The position numbers were made by a program, and so were the translations under genes. Below the pieces are notes generated by a model. That model was not told the DNA's origin. It saw only the letters and a program-made list of their open reading frames with translations, and made no database searches. 64,000 nt of DNA from Peptostreptococcaceae bacterium (GTDB lineage Bacteria; Bacillota; Clostridia; Peptostreptococcales; BM714): assembly GCA_016649995.1 (NCBI GenBank), contig JAENWJ010000002.1:4014-68013 (forward strand), written 5' to 3'. Every line of letters starts with the position of its first letter. The first letter of the stretch is position 1. This document shows positions 48,025 through 58,079 of the stretch, one piece after another.

Positions 48025-49386
48025 TCAATCCCTCAATTCTTTCACTCTGTCCTTGAAATCCTTTCCCCTATATTCATAGCTTTTGTACATGTCCCAACTT
48101 GCACACGCAGGAGAAAGCAAAACACAATCGCCCTTTTCCGCAACCGCATTAGCCCTTCTAACAGCCGACTCCATATCCTCGACTCTAAATATGTCGTGAA
48201 ATCCATTTTCCGCAGCAGCTGCAATTATTTTTTCCTTCGTTTCACCCAATACTATCATTTCCTTAACTTTCATATTGAAGGATTCAATTAACATAGAAAA
48301 ATCGCTTCCCTTATCCATTCCTCCCGCAATTAAAACGATTGGTCCATCGAAGGCTTCAATCGCCTTTATGGACGCATCCGGATTTGTTCCCTTTGAATCA
48401 TTGTAATACTTGACTCCTCTTATCTCCTCAACAAACTCTATGCGGTGCTCTACGCCCTCGAACGTCATAAGACTTTCCCTAATTGTTTTCATAGCTATAC
48501 CATGGCAATCCGCAATCGCCGCAGCCGCCAGGGCATTTTCTAAATTATGCCTTCCGGGTATGAATATCTCGTCTGTCCTGCATACGGTTTTTTTTAATCC
48601 AAAACGATTTATGCATATCTCTCCGTTTGAAACATAAACACCATTTTCCAATTCCTCGGATGTGGAAAAAAAGATAATTTCCAAGCCTTTAACTTCAATA
48701 TTCTTCCCAATTCTTCTAGTGATATCATTGTCGTAATTAAGTATAATTTGTCCATCTATCATATTCATGAAAATACGCTTCTTGGCAGCTATGTATGCAT
48801 CCATGCTTCCGTGACGGTTCAAATGGTCGGGCGTAATATTCAATATGGCTGCGGTCGCAGGCTTATAGCTCTTTATGGATTCAAGCTGAAAGCTACTGAC
48901 TTCTGTTATTAAATAGCTTTCTTCATTCGTCAAGTCCGATACGATTATCGCCGGGATCCCTATATTGCCCAAAACGTGAACATCCTTACCGGCTTTTTTA
49001 AAAATTTCTCCCGTCAACGCCGTTGTAGTAGTCTTTCCGTTTGTTCCAGTTATCGCTATTACCTTGCCGCGCGAAACGGCTCCTGCCAATTCCAATTCTC
49101 CAATTACCTCAACTCCACTGGCTATAGCTTCTTTTATAAAAGGCAACTCGGTCGATACGCCGGGGCTTAAGACAATCAAATCGAAGCCTTCTGCAGATTC
49201 GGGATTCCCGCCCGTCTCAACTTTAACATCAATGTTCTCAAGATAATCGACGGCTTCCTTTAGCTCACTTTCTTCTTTTGAATCGAATATAGAAACCTTC
49301 GCCTCGTGATGCAAAAGATATTTTGCCGCCTCCAAACCGGAAAGAGCCATACCAACAACCATGACACGTTTGTCTTTAAGTTTCAT
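48025..49386 (-). CDS. murD: UDP-N-acetylmuramoylalanine--D-glutamate ligase MurD
   Basis: GTNGKTTT P-loop and Mur ligase domains. The ATG at 49386 forms an ATGA overlap with the mraY stop. The track's upstream extension to 49479 is unlikely. Confidence 0.9.
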   Translation of the reverse strand: MKLKDKRVMVVGMALSGLEAAKYLLHHEAKVSIFDSKEESELKEAVDYLENIDVKVETGGNPESAEGFDLIVLSPGVSTELPFIKEAIASGVEVIGELELAGAVSRGKVIAITGTNGKTTTTALTGEIFKKAGKDVHVLGNIGIPAIIVSDLTNEESYLITEVSSFQLESIKSYKPATAAILNITPDHLNRHGSMDAYIAAKKRIFMNMIDGQIILNYDNDITRRIGKNIEVKGLEIIFFSTSEELENGVYVSNGEICINRFGLKKTVCRTDEIFIPGRHNLENALAAAAIADCHGIAMKTIRESLMTFEGVEHRIEFVEEIRGVKYYNDSKGTNPDASIKAIEAFDGPIVLIAGGMDKGSDFSMLIESFNMKVKEMIVLGETKEKIIAAAAENGFHDIFRVEDMESAVRRANAVAEKGDCVLLSPACASWDMYKSYEYRGKDFKDRVKELRD

Positions 49387-50354
49387 ATTATTGCTCCTTT
49401 GCTTAGAATCCATCCGGATACCAGCACTGCCCAAACTGTTACTGCAGTAAATACAACTACCACCTTTCTTTCCGACCATCCTACAAGCTCAAAGTGGTGG
49501 TGGATTGGGCTCATGCGAAAAACCCTCTTCTTTCTCGTTTTAAAGCTTATTACCTGGATAATGACTGACAATGATTCCATGAAATATATGAATCCGTAAA
49601 GAAGAAGCATCAATTCTATCCTTAGCAATATGGCTGCAATTCCTACATATGCTCCTAAAGCCAGCGATCCGGTATCTCCCATAAAAACCTTCGCAGGTTT
49701 TTTATTAAAAAATAAGAAACCCAACAGGGACGCAACGAAAAATACTATTACCTGAGTAAACCCGTCCATCCCAATTTGCTCTCCATAAAAAAGAAACAGC
49801 AAAGAAACGATGATTGTAACGCTTGTAGCCAACCCGTCCAAACCATCCGTTAGGTTAACGCTGTTGACTGTTGCCAGGATAAATACCATCAAAAATGGTA
49901 CCTTCAACCATCCCATGTCTATAGAAGCTCCAACCGAATGCACCAGCAGTCTATTGTCGGTCAAACCGCTTTTGTACAGCCAAAACACTACAAACGCAGC
50001 AACAACCGATTGCATTGCAAGCTTCTGATAGGCCCTTAAACCGAGATTTCTCTTTTTTACAACCTTTAAGTAGTCATCTATAAATCCTATCAACGCAAAT
50101 AATATATAACCGGAGATAAGTATCTTAAGTCCCGCGTTTTCTGTCTCCCCAAATACGAAATAGGCCAATACCACGGGACAAATGAATATCAGTCCCCCAA
50201 TGGTAGGTGTTCCGCTTTTCATAAGATGTGAAGAGGGACCATCCTCCCTTATGGATTGGCCTACTTTTATTTTTTTTAAGTACGGAATCATTATTTGCCC
50301 TGCTATAATCGTAGCTAACAGCGTTATTAAAAATTGAACAAAAATACTATGCAT
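49383..50354 (-). CDS. mraY: phospho-N-acetylmuramoyl-pentapeptide transferase MraY
   Basis: 323 aa with about 10 TM helices and motifs DDYLKV, NLTDGLDGLA and PIHHHFE. Confidence 0.93.
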   Translation of the reverse strand: MHSIFVQFLITLLATIIAGQIMIPYLKKIKVGQSIREDGPSSHLMKSGTPTIGGLIFICPVVLAYFVFGETENAGLKILISGYILFALIGFIDDYLKVVKKRNLGLRAYQKLAMQSVVAAFVVFWLYKSGLTDNRLLVHSVGASIDMGWLKVPFLMVFILATVNSVNLTDGLDGLATSVTIIVSLLFLFYGEQIGMDGFTQVIVFFVASLLGFLFFNKKPAKVFMGDTGSLALGAYVGIAAILLRIELMLLLYGFIYFMESLSVIIQVISFKTRKKRVFRMSPIHHHFELVGWSERKVVVVFTAVTVWAVLVSGWILSKGAII

Positions 50355-51723
50355 GTTTTAATATCTCCTTGTACACTTCATTCATCCTTGTGCTGTGCGA
50401 ACCCTTGAACAATATTGCATCTCCCGGTTTCATTGTTTCCTTCAGCCCCTTCACCAATGAATCATTGTTTTCAAAAACATGGACTTTATTTCGCTCAAAT
50501 CCATTCATTACAGCACCTTTTTCATAGTCCCCGGCATAGATACCGGTCACCATTATGATATCGATTCCCTCATCGACCGCCTTCATTCCCACTTCCATAT
50601 GCATCTTTTTCGCATAGCTTCCCAATTCGAGCATGTCTCCAAAAACTGCTATTTTTCTTCCACTCAGGTTTGAAAAAGATTCCAACGAAGCAATCATCGA
50701 TGAAGGATTGGCATTATAGGTATCATTCACCAAGATCATTCCTCCAACCTCCATTGTTGCTCCTCGCAAATCATTGCCTTCATACTTTTCTATTCCCTTC
50801 ACTGCCAATTCGGGTTCAACGCCTGCCTGCAGCGCCGCAGTAAAAGCCAATAATGCATTTGAAACATTATGCCTTCCTTTAACACTCAATACACATGGAT
50901 ATTCATTTGTCCCATGCACTAAAATAAATTTTGATCCCATTTCTCCACAATCCACATCGTTTGCATAAATATCGCATTCTTCCGTCTTGCTTATTGAAGT
51001 AAACACTTTTCGATATTTTGTGTCTTTACCAATTAAGGATCTCAGAAAAAAATCATCTCCGTTTGCAATCAATACGCTTTCTTTATCCATATTTTCACAA
51101 ATTTCCATCTTTGCGGCGAAGATATTTTCTTTAGATCCCAGTCTCCCTATATGTGATTCACCAATGTTCGTAATAACTGCAATATCAGGTTCAGCAATGC
51201 TTGCAAGCAGCCTTATTTCCCCTTCTGTGTTCATGCCCATTTCCAAGACTACAATCTCATGCTCGTTTTCAAGTTCAAACAGAGTTAGCGGCAATCCAAT
51301 ATCGTTGTTTAGGTTGGCATGAGTTTTATGAACATTGTATTTTTCTTTCAAAGCACAATAAATCATTTCTTTTGTCGTCGTTTTGCCAGTACTACCCGTA
51401 ACAGCAATAACAAGCGGATTTACCTTCTTTAATATCTCTCTTGCTATCATGCTAATAGCCTTTTTAGTGTCTTCTACTATTATCAGCTCTGCCTTAACAT
51501 CACTACTGCGCTCAGATACAACGGCAATAGCACCTTTTTCTACAGCATCTGCAATAAAATCATGTCCATCGAAAGACGGTCCTTTAAGTGCTATGAACGC
51601 ATCTCCGGGTTTTACCTTCCTCGAATCGATGACCAAGCAACTTAAAATCTTTTCCGAGTACTTGCGCCCATTCAATATGACGCCAAGCATACCAGCCAAT
51701 TGGTTTACAGTAATATCTTTCAC
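50347..51723 (-). CDS. murF: UDP-N-acetylmuramoyl-tripeptide--D-alanyl-D-alanine ligase MurF
   Basis: 458 aa with P-loop GSTGKTTT and Mur ligase middle and C-terminal domains. Confidence 0.9.
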   Translation of the reverse strand: MKDITVNQLAGMLGVILNGRKYSEKILSCLVIDSRKVKPGDAFIALKGPSFDGHDFIADAVEKGAIAVVSERSSDVKAELIIVEDTKKAISMIAREILKKVNPLVIAVTGSTGKTTTKEMIYCALKEKYNVHKTHANLNNDIGLPLTLFELENEHEIVVLEMGMNTEGEIRLLASIAEPDIAVITNIGESHIGRLGSKENIFAAKMEICENMDKESVLIANGDDFFLRSLIGKDTKYRKVFTSISKTEECDIYANDVDCGEMGSKFILVHGTNEYPCVLSVKGRHNVSNALLAFTAALQAGVEPELAVKGIEKYEGNDLRGATMEVGGMILVNDTYNANPSSMIASLESFSNLSGRKIAVFGDMLELGSYAKKMHMEVGMKAVDEGIDIIMVTGIYAGDYEKGAVMNGFERNKVHVFENNDSLVKGLKETMKPGDAILFKGSHSTRMNEVYKEILKHA

Positions 51724-53195
51724 ATTACCTCCTCCAATGATTTGCGGGCAACATCAAAATCATCGTGTTCAAAGCTTTCTTCGCCTATTACCTGAAGCTT
51801 CTCGTGCCCTTTACCGGCTATCAAAACCACATCTAAGGGTTTTGCCATCATTATGGCTTTTTTTATTGCTTTTTCCCTATTCCTTATAACTTCGTAATTG
51901 CCGTCTACAATACCGGATTCAATTTCTTTTATTATCCCTTCGGGGTCTTCTCGCCTCGGATTGTCGTCAGTTAAAATTACATGCTCTGAACCTTCATATG
52001 CAATCCTTCCCATAATTGGCCTTTTTAAAGTATCCCGTTCACCACCACAACCAAAAACAATAATAAGTCGTCCGGTTTTGTATTCGTTTATGGCTTCGAT
52101 GACATTAGATAACGCATCAGGCGTATGTGCATAATCCACAATGACTTCGATTCCTTTTTCCCGTGATCCCGGAACCTTCTGAAATCGTCCTCTGGCCCCT
52201 TCCAATTCAAGAAAAACATTCTGAATTTCATGTAAATCAAAACCCATTTCCTTCAACGCTGCATATGCCGCCATTTTATTGTATGTTTCAAATCGGCTTG
52301 ATGATTCAACCTTTATTTCCTTTTCATTTCGGTATGTCTTGAATGTTATTTCACCGCTTGGTTCTTTGCGCGAAGTCATAATGTCAGCCGCTTCGCGCAT
52401 TCCATAGGTAATGACCCTCTTGCCATCTTTGCTTAGCGAAGCTGCATATGCTTTTCCATATGCGTCATCCGTGTTTACAATTGCTGCCTTTTTCTGCTTT
52501 TTCATTAGCATGTATTTAGTATCTGCGTAGTCGTCCATTGTTTTATGAAAATCGAGATGATCCTGCGTCAAATTTGTGAAAACAGCAATATCGAAATCAA
52601 CATCTTGAACACGCATAAGTTTTAATGCATGCGAAGATACTTCCATAACAACATATCTTATGCCTTTACTCCGCATATCCCTGAATATTTTTTGCAGCTC
52701 AAGCGACTCCGGAGTTGTTCTTGTTGCTGGTAAAGCTTCATCATCAATGCGCGTTTCTATTGTTCCTATGAGACCCGATGAAAATCCCAAGCTTCTGAGC
52801 GCGTTATATATATATGTTGTAACAGAAGTTTTTCCATTGGTACCGGTTACGCCTATGACCGTCATTTCCTTTGACGGACTACCAAAATAACGGTCAGCCA
52901 TTTTGGAAAGCATACTTCTTGAATCATCTACAAGCAAGACTGTTGCGCACGGATACTCTCTAATAATCCATTTAAACCAAGACGATTGATCAATAACAAA
53001 AACAATCGCTCCGTTTACGAAAGCCTTGGGAATAAAATCATGGCCATCACTTTCATATCCCTTTATAGAGACAAAACAATCTCCATTCTTAACCTTTCTC
53101 GAATCATAAACGATGCTCTCAATAATAGAATTAAATTCTTTTCCACCTTTGCAGGAAATATATTCTCCCGGTTTAACTAGGTCGCCAAGTCTCAT
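51720..53195 (-). CDS. murE: UDP-N-acetylmuramoyl-L-alanyl-D-glutamate--2,6-diaminopimelate ligase MurE
   Basis: 491 aa with P-loop GTNGKTS. The DNPR motif (LTDDNPRRED) is typical of meso-DAP-adding enzymes, which fits dapF being in the window. Confidence 0.9.
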   Translation of the reverse strand: MRLGDLVKPGEYISCKGGKEFNSIIESIVYDSRKVKNGDCFVSIKGYESDGHDFIPKAFVNGAIVFVIDQSSWFKWIIREYPCATVLLVDDSRSMLSKMADRYFGSPSKEMTVIGVTGTNGKTSVTTYIYNALRSLGFSSGLIGTIETRIDDEALPATRTTPESLELQKIFRDMRSKGIRYVVMEVSSHALKLMRVQDVDFDIAVFTNLTQDHLDFHKTMDDYADTKYMLMKKQKKAAIVNTDDAYGKAYAASLSKDGKRVITYGMREAADIMTSRKEPSGEITFKTYRNEKEIKVESSSRFETYNKMAAYAALKEMGFDLHEIQNVFLELEGARGRFQKVPGSREKGIEVIVDYAHTPDALSNVIEAINEYKTGRLIIVFGCGGERDTLKRPIMGRIAYEGSEHVILTDDNPRREDPEGIIKEIESGIVDGNYEVIRNREKAIKKAIMMAKPLDVVLIAGKGHEKLQVIGEESFEHDDFDVARKSLEEVM

Positions 53196-53225
53196 TAGGA
53201 TACACCTTCATTCCATACATATTTT

Positions 53226-53254
53226 AAAAAGGCAATTTGTATATTCAAATTGCC
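53226..53254 (-). terminator. intrinsic terminator between the PBP gene and murE
   Basis: Minus strand reads GGCAATTTG-aatata-CAAATTGCC followed by TTTTTAAAAT. It lies about 35 nt after the PBP stop. Confidence 0.65.
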
Positions 53255-53287
53255 ATTTTAAAGTATTATATCATATTAGCTTATTTT

Positions 53288-55258
53288 TCACTCCACATAT
53301 ATGATAACATTATATCCCTTCTGTGCTTCATATCCAGCATACGGATATTGCTCCAAAACGGTATGCGTTTCATCTAATGTTTCTATTTCAGGCACTACGC
53401 TATATCTCAATCCGGCTTTATTTATCTTATCTATGGCATCTTTTGCTGCCATTCCATTTACATCCGGAACAATTACGGACTCTTTCTTTATTATTTCAAG
53501 CTCATCTTCTGTATAACGCGGTTCAACTGACATGTGTATCAAACTTTTTTCTATGATTTCCTTAGCAAGCGGTGTTGCTGTCAAGCTTCCGAAATGGCTT
53601 TTTTCCGGTTCGTCAATCACTAGCAAAATAGCAATTTTAGGATCGTCAACAGGTGCAACGCCAATAAATGAGGCAATAACTTTGTCATCATCATATACTC
53701 CATTGACTATTTTCTGGGCTGTTCCGGTTTTCCCGCCTACTCTATAACCCGGGATGTAAGCCTCTTTTCCGGAACCGTTGAATACAACACTTTCCATCAT
53801 TAAAAGCATTTCCATCGAAGTGCTTTGCGAGATAACCTGTCTTTTGAAAACAGGTTCAAAGGATTCTACAACATGTCCGCTATTGTCCGCCAAACCGGAA
53901 ATTAACCTTGGCTCCATAAGTCTTCCATCATTCGCAATGGCTGAAACAGCAGTAATCAACTGAATAGGAGTAATTGACAATCCCTGACCAAACGACATAG
54001 TCGCAAGTTCAACAGGTCCGACCTTTTCAATTGGAAGTGTCAATCCACTTGACTCTCCCGGCAGTTCTATTCCCGTCTTTTCCATGAAACCAAAGGCCTC
54101 AAGGTATTTGTAAAACTTATCTTTCCCAAGTTTTAAACCAAGCTCGACAAATACAGGATTGCATGAATTTTCAAGTCCCTGTGTAAGTGTCTGCTCTCCA
54201 TGAGGCCTATAATAACGCCAACATTTAATGATTGTACCGGCCACATTTATTGAGCCCGTTGCATAAAACTTTGTATCCGGCCTTGCAATATTTTCCTCCA
54301 ATGCCATGGCAGATGTTATCAGTTTAAACGTTGAGCCCGGCTCGTATGTATCACTCACGATAGGATTTCTCCATAATTGGTTCCAATATGTCTGTTTTTC
54401 ATTTTCTTCCAAGTTTACATATTCATCCAATTGACTTTGATCCACCGGAACTCTAGGATCATTTGGATTATAATCCGGATATGAAGCCATTGCCAAAATA
54501 TCGCCCGTTTTTGGATCCATCATAAGCGCCATTATTTTTTTTGCGCCAAGTTCTTCTCTCCCCTTTTCGATTACTTGTTCCATATAATACTGTAAAACTT
54601 CATCAATTGTCAGTATTACATTTAGTCCATCCTGCGCCTCGTAGTACTTGTCTGTTCCGAAAGGCAACTGGCGGCCCAAAACATCCGTATTCCTAATCCA
54701 TCGTCCACTTAAACCCGTAAGATAACGGTTTAGCTCCAACTCAACACCGGCCAACCCCCTGTTATCGGCTGTCGTATGGCCAATTACAAAAGCCCCCAAT
54801 GCGTCCAGGGGGTAATATCGTCTCTCGACCTCAGTAAACCATACGCCTTCCAGATTTAAAGAATCGATTTCTTCAATTTTATCCTTATCAACCCACTTTC
54901 CTATGCTTATTAAACCTACACTGGAACTAATTTTGTCAAGTACGGCTTCTGAATCCAAATCAAGAACATCCGCAATTAATTTTGAGTAAGTCTCAGGACT
55001 TACGATTCTATTGGTATCTCCCCAAATATTGTACAAGGTCATGTTTATAGCCAGTTTCTTCAAGTTCCGATCCAGTATTTCACCTCTTTGCGCCGGTATA
55101 GGTATGTCCTTTGTCTGTTGAATTACCGCCATATCGCTATATTTTTCACCGTCCACTATTTGTATTTTAATCAGCCTGACAACCAATAGGATAAAAATAG
55201 CCATAACAATTATAAGTGTCAGATTCAATCTTTGTTTTGAACTTTTAGACAGATGCAT
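53288..55258 (-). CDS. class B penicillin-binding protein (FtsI/PBP2B-type) with one C-terminal PASTA domain
   Basis: 656 aa with an N-terminal TM helix, a dimerisation domain and transpeptidase motifs STFK, SCN and KTGTA, plus one PASTA repeat (VPDVNGMAAKDAIDKINKAGL...). Confidence 0.9.
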   Translation of the reverse strand: MHLSKSSKQRLNLTLIIVMAIFILLVVRLIKIQIVDGEKYSDMAVIQQTKDIPIPAQRGEILDRNLKKLAINMTLYNIWGDTNRIVSPETYSKLIADVLDLDSEAVLDKISSSVGLISIGKWVDKDKIEEIDSLNLEGVWFTEVERRYYPLDALGAFVIGHTTADNRGLAGVELELNRYLTGLSGRWIRNTDVLGRQLPFGTDKYYEAQDGLNVILTIDEVLQYYMEQVIEKGREELGAKKIMALMMDPKTGDILAMASYPDYNPNDPRVPVDQSQLDEYVNLEENEKQTYWNQLWRNPIVSDTYEPGSTFKLITSAMALEENIARPDTKFYATGSINVAGTIIKCWRYYRPHGEQTLTQGLENSCNPVFVELGLKLGKDKFYKYLEAFGFMEKTGIELPGESSGLTLPIEKVGPVELATMSFGQGLSITPIQLITAVSAIANDGRLMEPRLISGLADNSGHVVESFEPVFKRQVISQSTSMEMLLMMESVVFNGSGKEAYIPGYRVGGKTGTAQKIVNGVYDDDKVIASFIGVAPVDDPKIAILLVIDEPEKSHFGSLTATPLAKEIIEKSLIHMSVEPRYTEDELEIIKKESVIVPDVNGMAAKDAIDKINKAGLRYSVVPEIETLDETHTVLEQYPYAGYEAQKGYNVIIYVE

Positions 55259-55275
55259 CCGATGCCTCCTTCAAA

Positions 55276-55749
55276 TCAATCCCACATAAATCCCAGACTC
55301 AATATGGAAGAGTAAATATTTTTAAAAAACCCGCTATCTGATTGTTTGACCGGGACAGCTATAGAAACACGGGTAATCTCGCTTGCGCCTTTATTCGCAT
55401 CCAAATACACCATCTGCTGCCTATCGGGAACTTTCATTCCTAATTCGTTTAATGCCTTGTCTTCAATTATACTCGTTTTATTCATTCCTTCCAACTCGAT
55501 ATTGCATTTTTCGATTTTCATCTGCAAATCGTCCATCGCTTGCTTGTGTTCATATACCTGATATTTTATCTCGCTTATTGCCGCATATCCGAACAATACA
55601 CTTATAAAAAGGATCCCAATAAGAGCAATAGCAATGAATAGTTTCGGTGCCGCAAAGGATTTTTTCTTTACTTTTTTTCTTCCTGATTCTTCGATTTTCA
55701 TATCATTAAAATCGTATTCGCTATATCTTTTGTATGCAACCGATGCCAT
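55276..55749 (-). CDS. ftsL: FtsL-like septum formation initiator
   Basis: One TM helix (LFIAIALIGILFISVLFGYAAI) plus a coiled coil, positioned between rsmH and the PBP gene. The ATG at 55749 has AAGGAGGG upstream and gives 157 aa. Confidence 0.7.
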   Translation of the reverse strand: MASVAYKRYSEYDFNDMKIEESGRKKVKKKSFAAPKLFIAIALIGILFISVLFGYAAISEIKYQVYEHKQAMDDLQMKIEKCNIELEGMNKTSIIEDKALNELGMKVPDRQQMVYLDANKGASEITRVSIAVPVKQSDSGFFKNIYSSILSLGFMWD

Positions 55750-55768
55750 AAAAGGTCCCTCCTTTCCG

Positions 55769-56704
55769 CTACATGCGTTCGGCAATTCTCAGCTTTGCGC
55801 TTCTTGATCTAGGATTGTTTTCAACCTCAGGTTCCGAAGAAACAATAGGTTTTCTTGTTACTATTTTAACTTCCTGCCTCTTATCGCATTTGCATACCGG
55901 TAATTCTGGCGGGCATATGCAATCTTTTTGGAGATATTTAAAAGTGTTTTTTACTATCCTGTCTTCCAGAGAATGAAATGTTATTATGCAAATTCTTCCT
56001 TTTTTCTCCATGCATGCGACAGTATCCGTAATTGTTTTTTCTATTATCCCCAATTCATTGTTTACTTCAATTCTTATTGCCTGGAATGTCCTTTTTGCCG
56101 GATGCGGCCCAGCTCTTCTCGCCCTCGCCGGAATAGCCTTCTTTATGATTTCAACCAATTCACCAGTCGTTTCTATATCCTTGATTTTTCTTTCATTCTC
56201 AATAAATTCGGCGATTCTTGCCGCCCAGTTTTCTTCTCCATAATCTTTTATTATTCTCTTAAGGTCTTCCTTGTCATATGTATTTACTACTTCATATGCC
56301 GTAAGGTCCCCTGATGCATCCATTCGCATGTCAAGCGGGGCATTCTGCATGTATGAAAACCCTCTATCTTTGTTGTCAAGCTGGTATGAAGAAACTCCTA
56401 AATCAAGTATCAATCCATCAATTTTGCTTATGCCAATTCTTTCAAGAATATTTTTCAAGTTTGAAAAATTATCATGAACAAATGTTATTTTACCCTCGTA
56501 AGGACTCAATCGCTTTTCTGCATGGAACAAAGCCTCTTTATCTTGATCAATACAAATTAGCCGGCCTGTTTCACCCAATCTCTTTGCAATTTCGATTGAA
56601 TGGCCTCCTCCTCCGGTTGTACCATCAACGTAAATCCCGCCTTGCATAATATTCAATCCGCTAATCGACTCATTCAAGAGTACCGATTCATGTGAAAAAA
56701 TCAT
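55769..56704 (-). CDS. rsmH: 16S rRNA (cytosine1402-N4)-methyltransferase RsmH (MraW)
   Basis: 311 aa with [18 protein letters not shown] and [10 protein letters not shown] motifs. Confidence 0.93.
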   Translation of the reverse strand: MIFSHESVLLNESISGLNIMQGGIYVDGTTGGGGHSIEIAKRLGETGRLICIDQDKEALFHAEKRLSPYEGKITFVHDNFSNLKNILERIGISKIDGLILDLGVSSYQLDNKDRGFSYMQNAPLDMRMDASGDLTAYEVVNTYDKEDLKRIIKDYGEENWAARIAEFIENERKIKDIETTGELVEIIKKAIPARARRAGPHPAKRTFQAIRIEVNNELGIIEKTITDTVACMEKKGRICIITFHSLEDRIVKNTFKYLQKDCICPPELPVCKCDKRQEVKIVTRKPIVSSEPEVENNPRSRSAKLRIAERM

Positions 56705-56718
56705 TCCGCATGCCTCCT

Positions 56719-57150
56719 TTAAATCCCTAACAAGGCCATTCTTTCTGCTATATCGTCATAATCGACATTTTCAGCGGCATTGTATGCATCCCATTGTTCC
56801 CTGTTCCAGACTTCTATTCTGGTGGATACTCCTATAATGACAACATCCTTGTCCAACTCTCCATATTGTCTCAACACAGGAGGTATGATTATTCTTCCCT
56901 GCTTATCCAATTGGCATTCAGCGGCTCCCGCAAAAAACATTCTCGTAAAGATTCTTGCATCTTTACTGGCCAAAGGCAGTTCTTTCAATTTTTCTTCAAA
57001 ATTTGCAAATTCATTTTGTGGAAAAATGAACAAACAAGAATCCAACCCCTTTGTTATGTAAAAAGTTTCTCCAAGGGATTCTCTGAATTTAGACGGTATG
57101 TTTACCCGCCCCTTTTTATCCATCGTATGTTGGAATTCTCCAATAAACAT
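56719..57150 (-). CDS. mraZ: transcriptional regulator MraZ
   Basis: 143 aa with two SpoVT-AbrB repeats carrying DKKGRVNIP and DKQGRIIIP. Confidence 0.93.
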   Translation of the reverse strand: MFIGEFQHTMDKKGRVNIPSKFRESLGETFYITKGLDSCLFIFPQNEFANFEEKLKELPLASKDARIFTRMFFAGAAECQLDKQGRIIIPPVLRQYGELDKDVVIIGVSTRIEVWNREQWDAYNAAENVDYDDIAERMALLGI

Positions 57151-57159
57151 GTTTGCACC

Positions 57160-57196
57160 CCATTTTATGGGATTTTACCCCACTTCATACCACTTT
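57160..57196 (-). promoter_or_regulatory. four phased direct repeats (putative MraZ operator) immediately upstream of mraZ
   Basis: Minus strand reads AAAGTGG-tat-GAAGTGG-ggt-AAAATCC-cat-AAAATGG. The box starts fall exactly 10 bp apart on the + strand (57190, 57180, 57170, 57160). Confidence 0.5.
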
Positions 57197-57271
57197 AAAC
57201 CTTATTCTATTAATTCTATGTTCTAAACCGTATCCCTTCTTTTTTTTAAAATTATTTTTGATTTTTCCCAT

Positions 57272-57300
57272 AAAAAAAAGACTCCTTAGAAAGAAGTCTT
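57272..57300 (-). terminator. lgt terminator
   Basis: Minus strand reads AAGACTTCTT-tct-AAGGAGTCTT (10 bp stem with one G.U pair) followed by a T run of 6 or more. On the + strand the same stem has a C.A mismatch, so it is oriented for the minus transcript. Confidence 0.7.
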
Positions 57301-57347
57301 TTCAACTCAATATATAAGCTGCAATTAAACTGTCTCAGCAATTAAAT

Positions 57348-58079
57348 TCAATTATGTTTTTTGCTTTTACTATAATAAATGCCTATTCCTGCAACAATCA
57401 AAGCTAGGCTTAAAAGCTGTGCTACGCGAAAGTCTCCAATCATCAAGCTATCCGTTCTAAGTCCTTCTATGAAAAATCTGCCAAAAGAATACAGCATCAT
57501 ATACAATGCAAACATCTGACCGTCGAATTTTTTCTTTTTCCTTATTGCCATCAAGAATATAAAAATCATCAAATTCCACAATGATTCATACAGAAATGTA
57601 GGATGTACACCAATCCCATTAATATGAATAGCCCATGGCAGGGCAGTTGGTCTTCCGTAAGCCTCTTGGTTTATGAAATTGCCCCATCTTCCAATGGCTT
57701 GTCCTAGAATAAGACCGGGCGCGCATATGTCAGCCAATTTCCAAAATTTTATCTTTTTGTATCTCGTATAAACAATAGCCGTTATCACTCCGCCTATTAC
57801 AGCTCCGTGAATGGCCAGCCCACCTTGTCTGATGTTTATCATTTTCATAATGTCCCCATCATAGTATGAAAGGTTGAACAGAACATAATACGTCCTAGCG
57901 CACAGTACAGCAACAGGTACTGCAAAAATCACAAAATCGAGAACCATATTTTCATCAAGGCCCTCCCTAATCGACTCTCTCATGGCAATGACTACGCCCA
58001 GCACCAGCCCTATGCTTATAAGTATTCCATACCATCTAATACCCATTCCAAAAATTTCAAATGCTATAGGATCCATCAC
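57348..58079 (-). CDS. lgt: prolipoprotein diacylglyceryl transferase
   Basis: 243 aa, polytopic, with Lgt motifs (IRWYGILI, GRWGNFINQEAYG). Confidence 0.9.
   Translation of the reverse strand: MMDPIAFEIFGMGIRWYGILISIGLVLGVVIAMRESIREGLDENMVLDFVIFAVPVAVLCARTYYVLFNLSYYDGDIMKMINIRQGGLAIHGAVIGGVITAIVYTRYKKIKFWKLADICAPGLILGQAIGRWGNFINQEAYGRPTALPWAIHINGIGVHPTFLYESLWNLMIFIFLMAIRKKKKFDGQMFALYMMLYSFGRFFIEGLRTDSLMIGDFRVAQLLSLALIVAGIGIYYSKSKKHN

Noticed and set aside
49387-49479. 31-codon upstream extension of murD. Similar extensions occur for ftsL (55750..55785), divIVA (34155..34175), ychF (60785..60811), rqcH (30195..30233) and the DUF881 genes.
   Set aside because: The extensions overlap the preceding gene or lack an SD. 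Internal ATGs with good SDs or an ATGA stop-start overlap give N-termini that match the family consensus.
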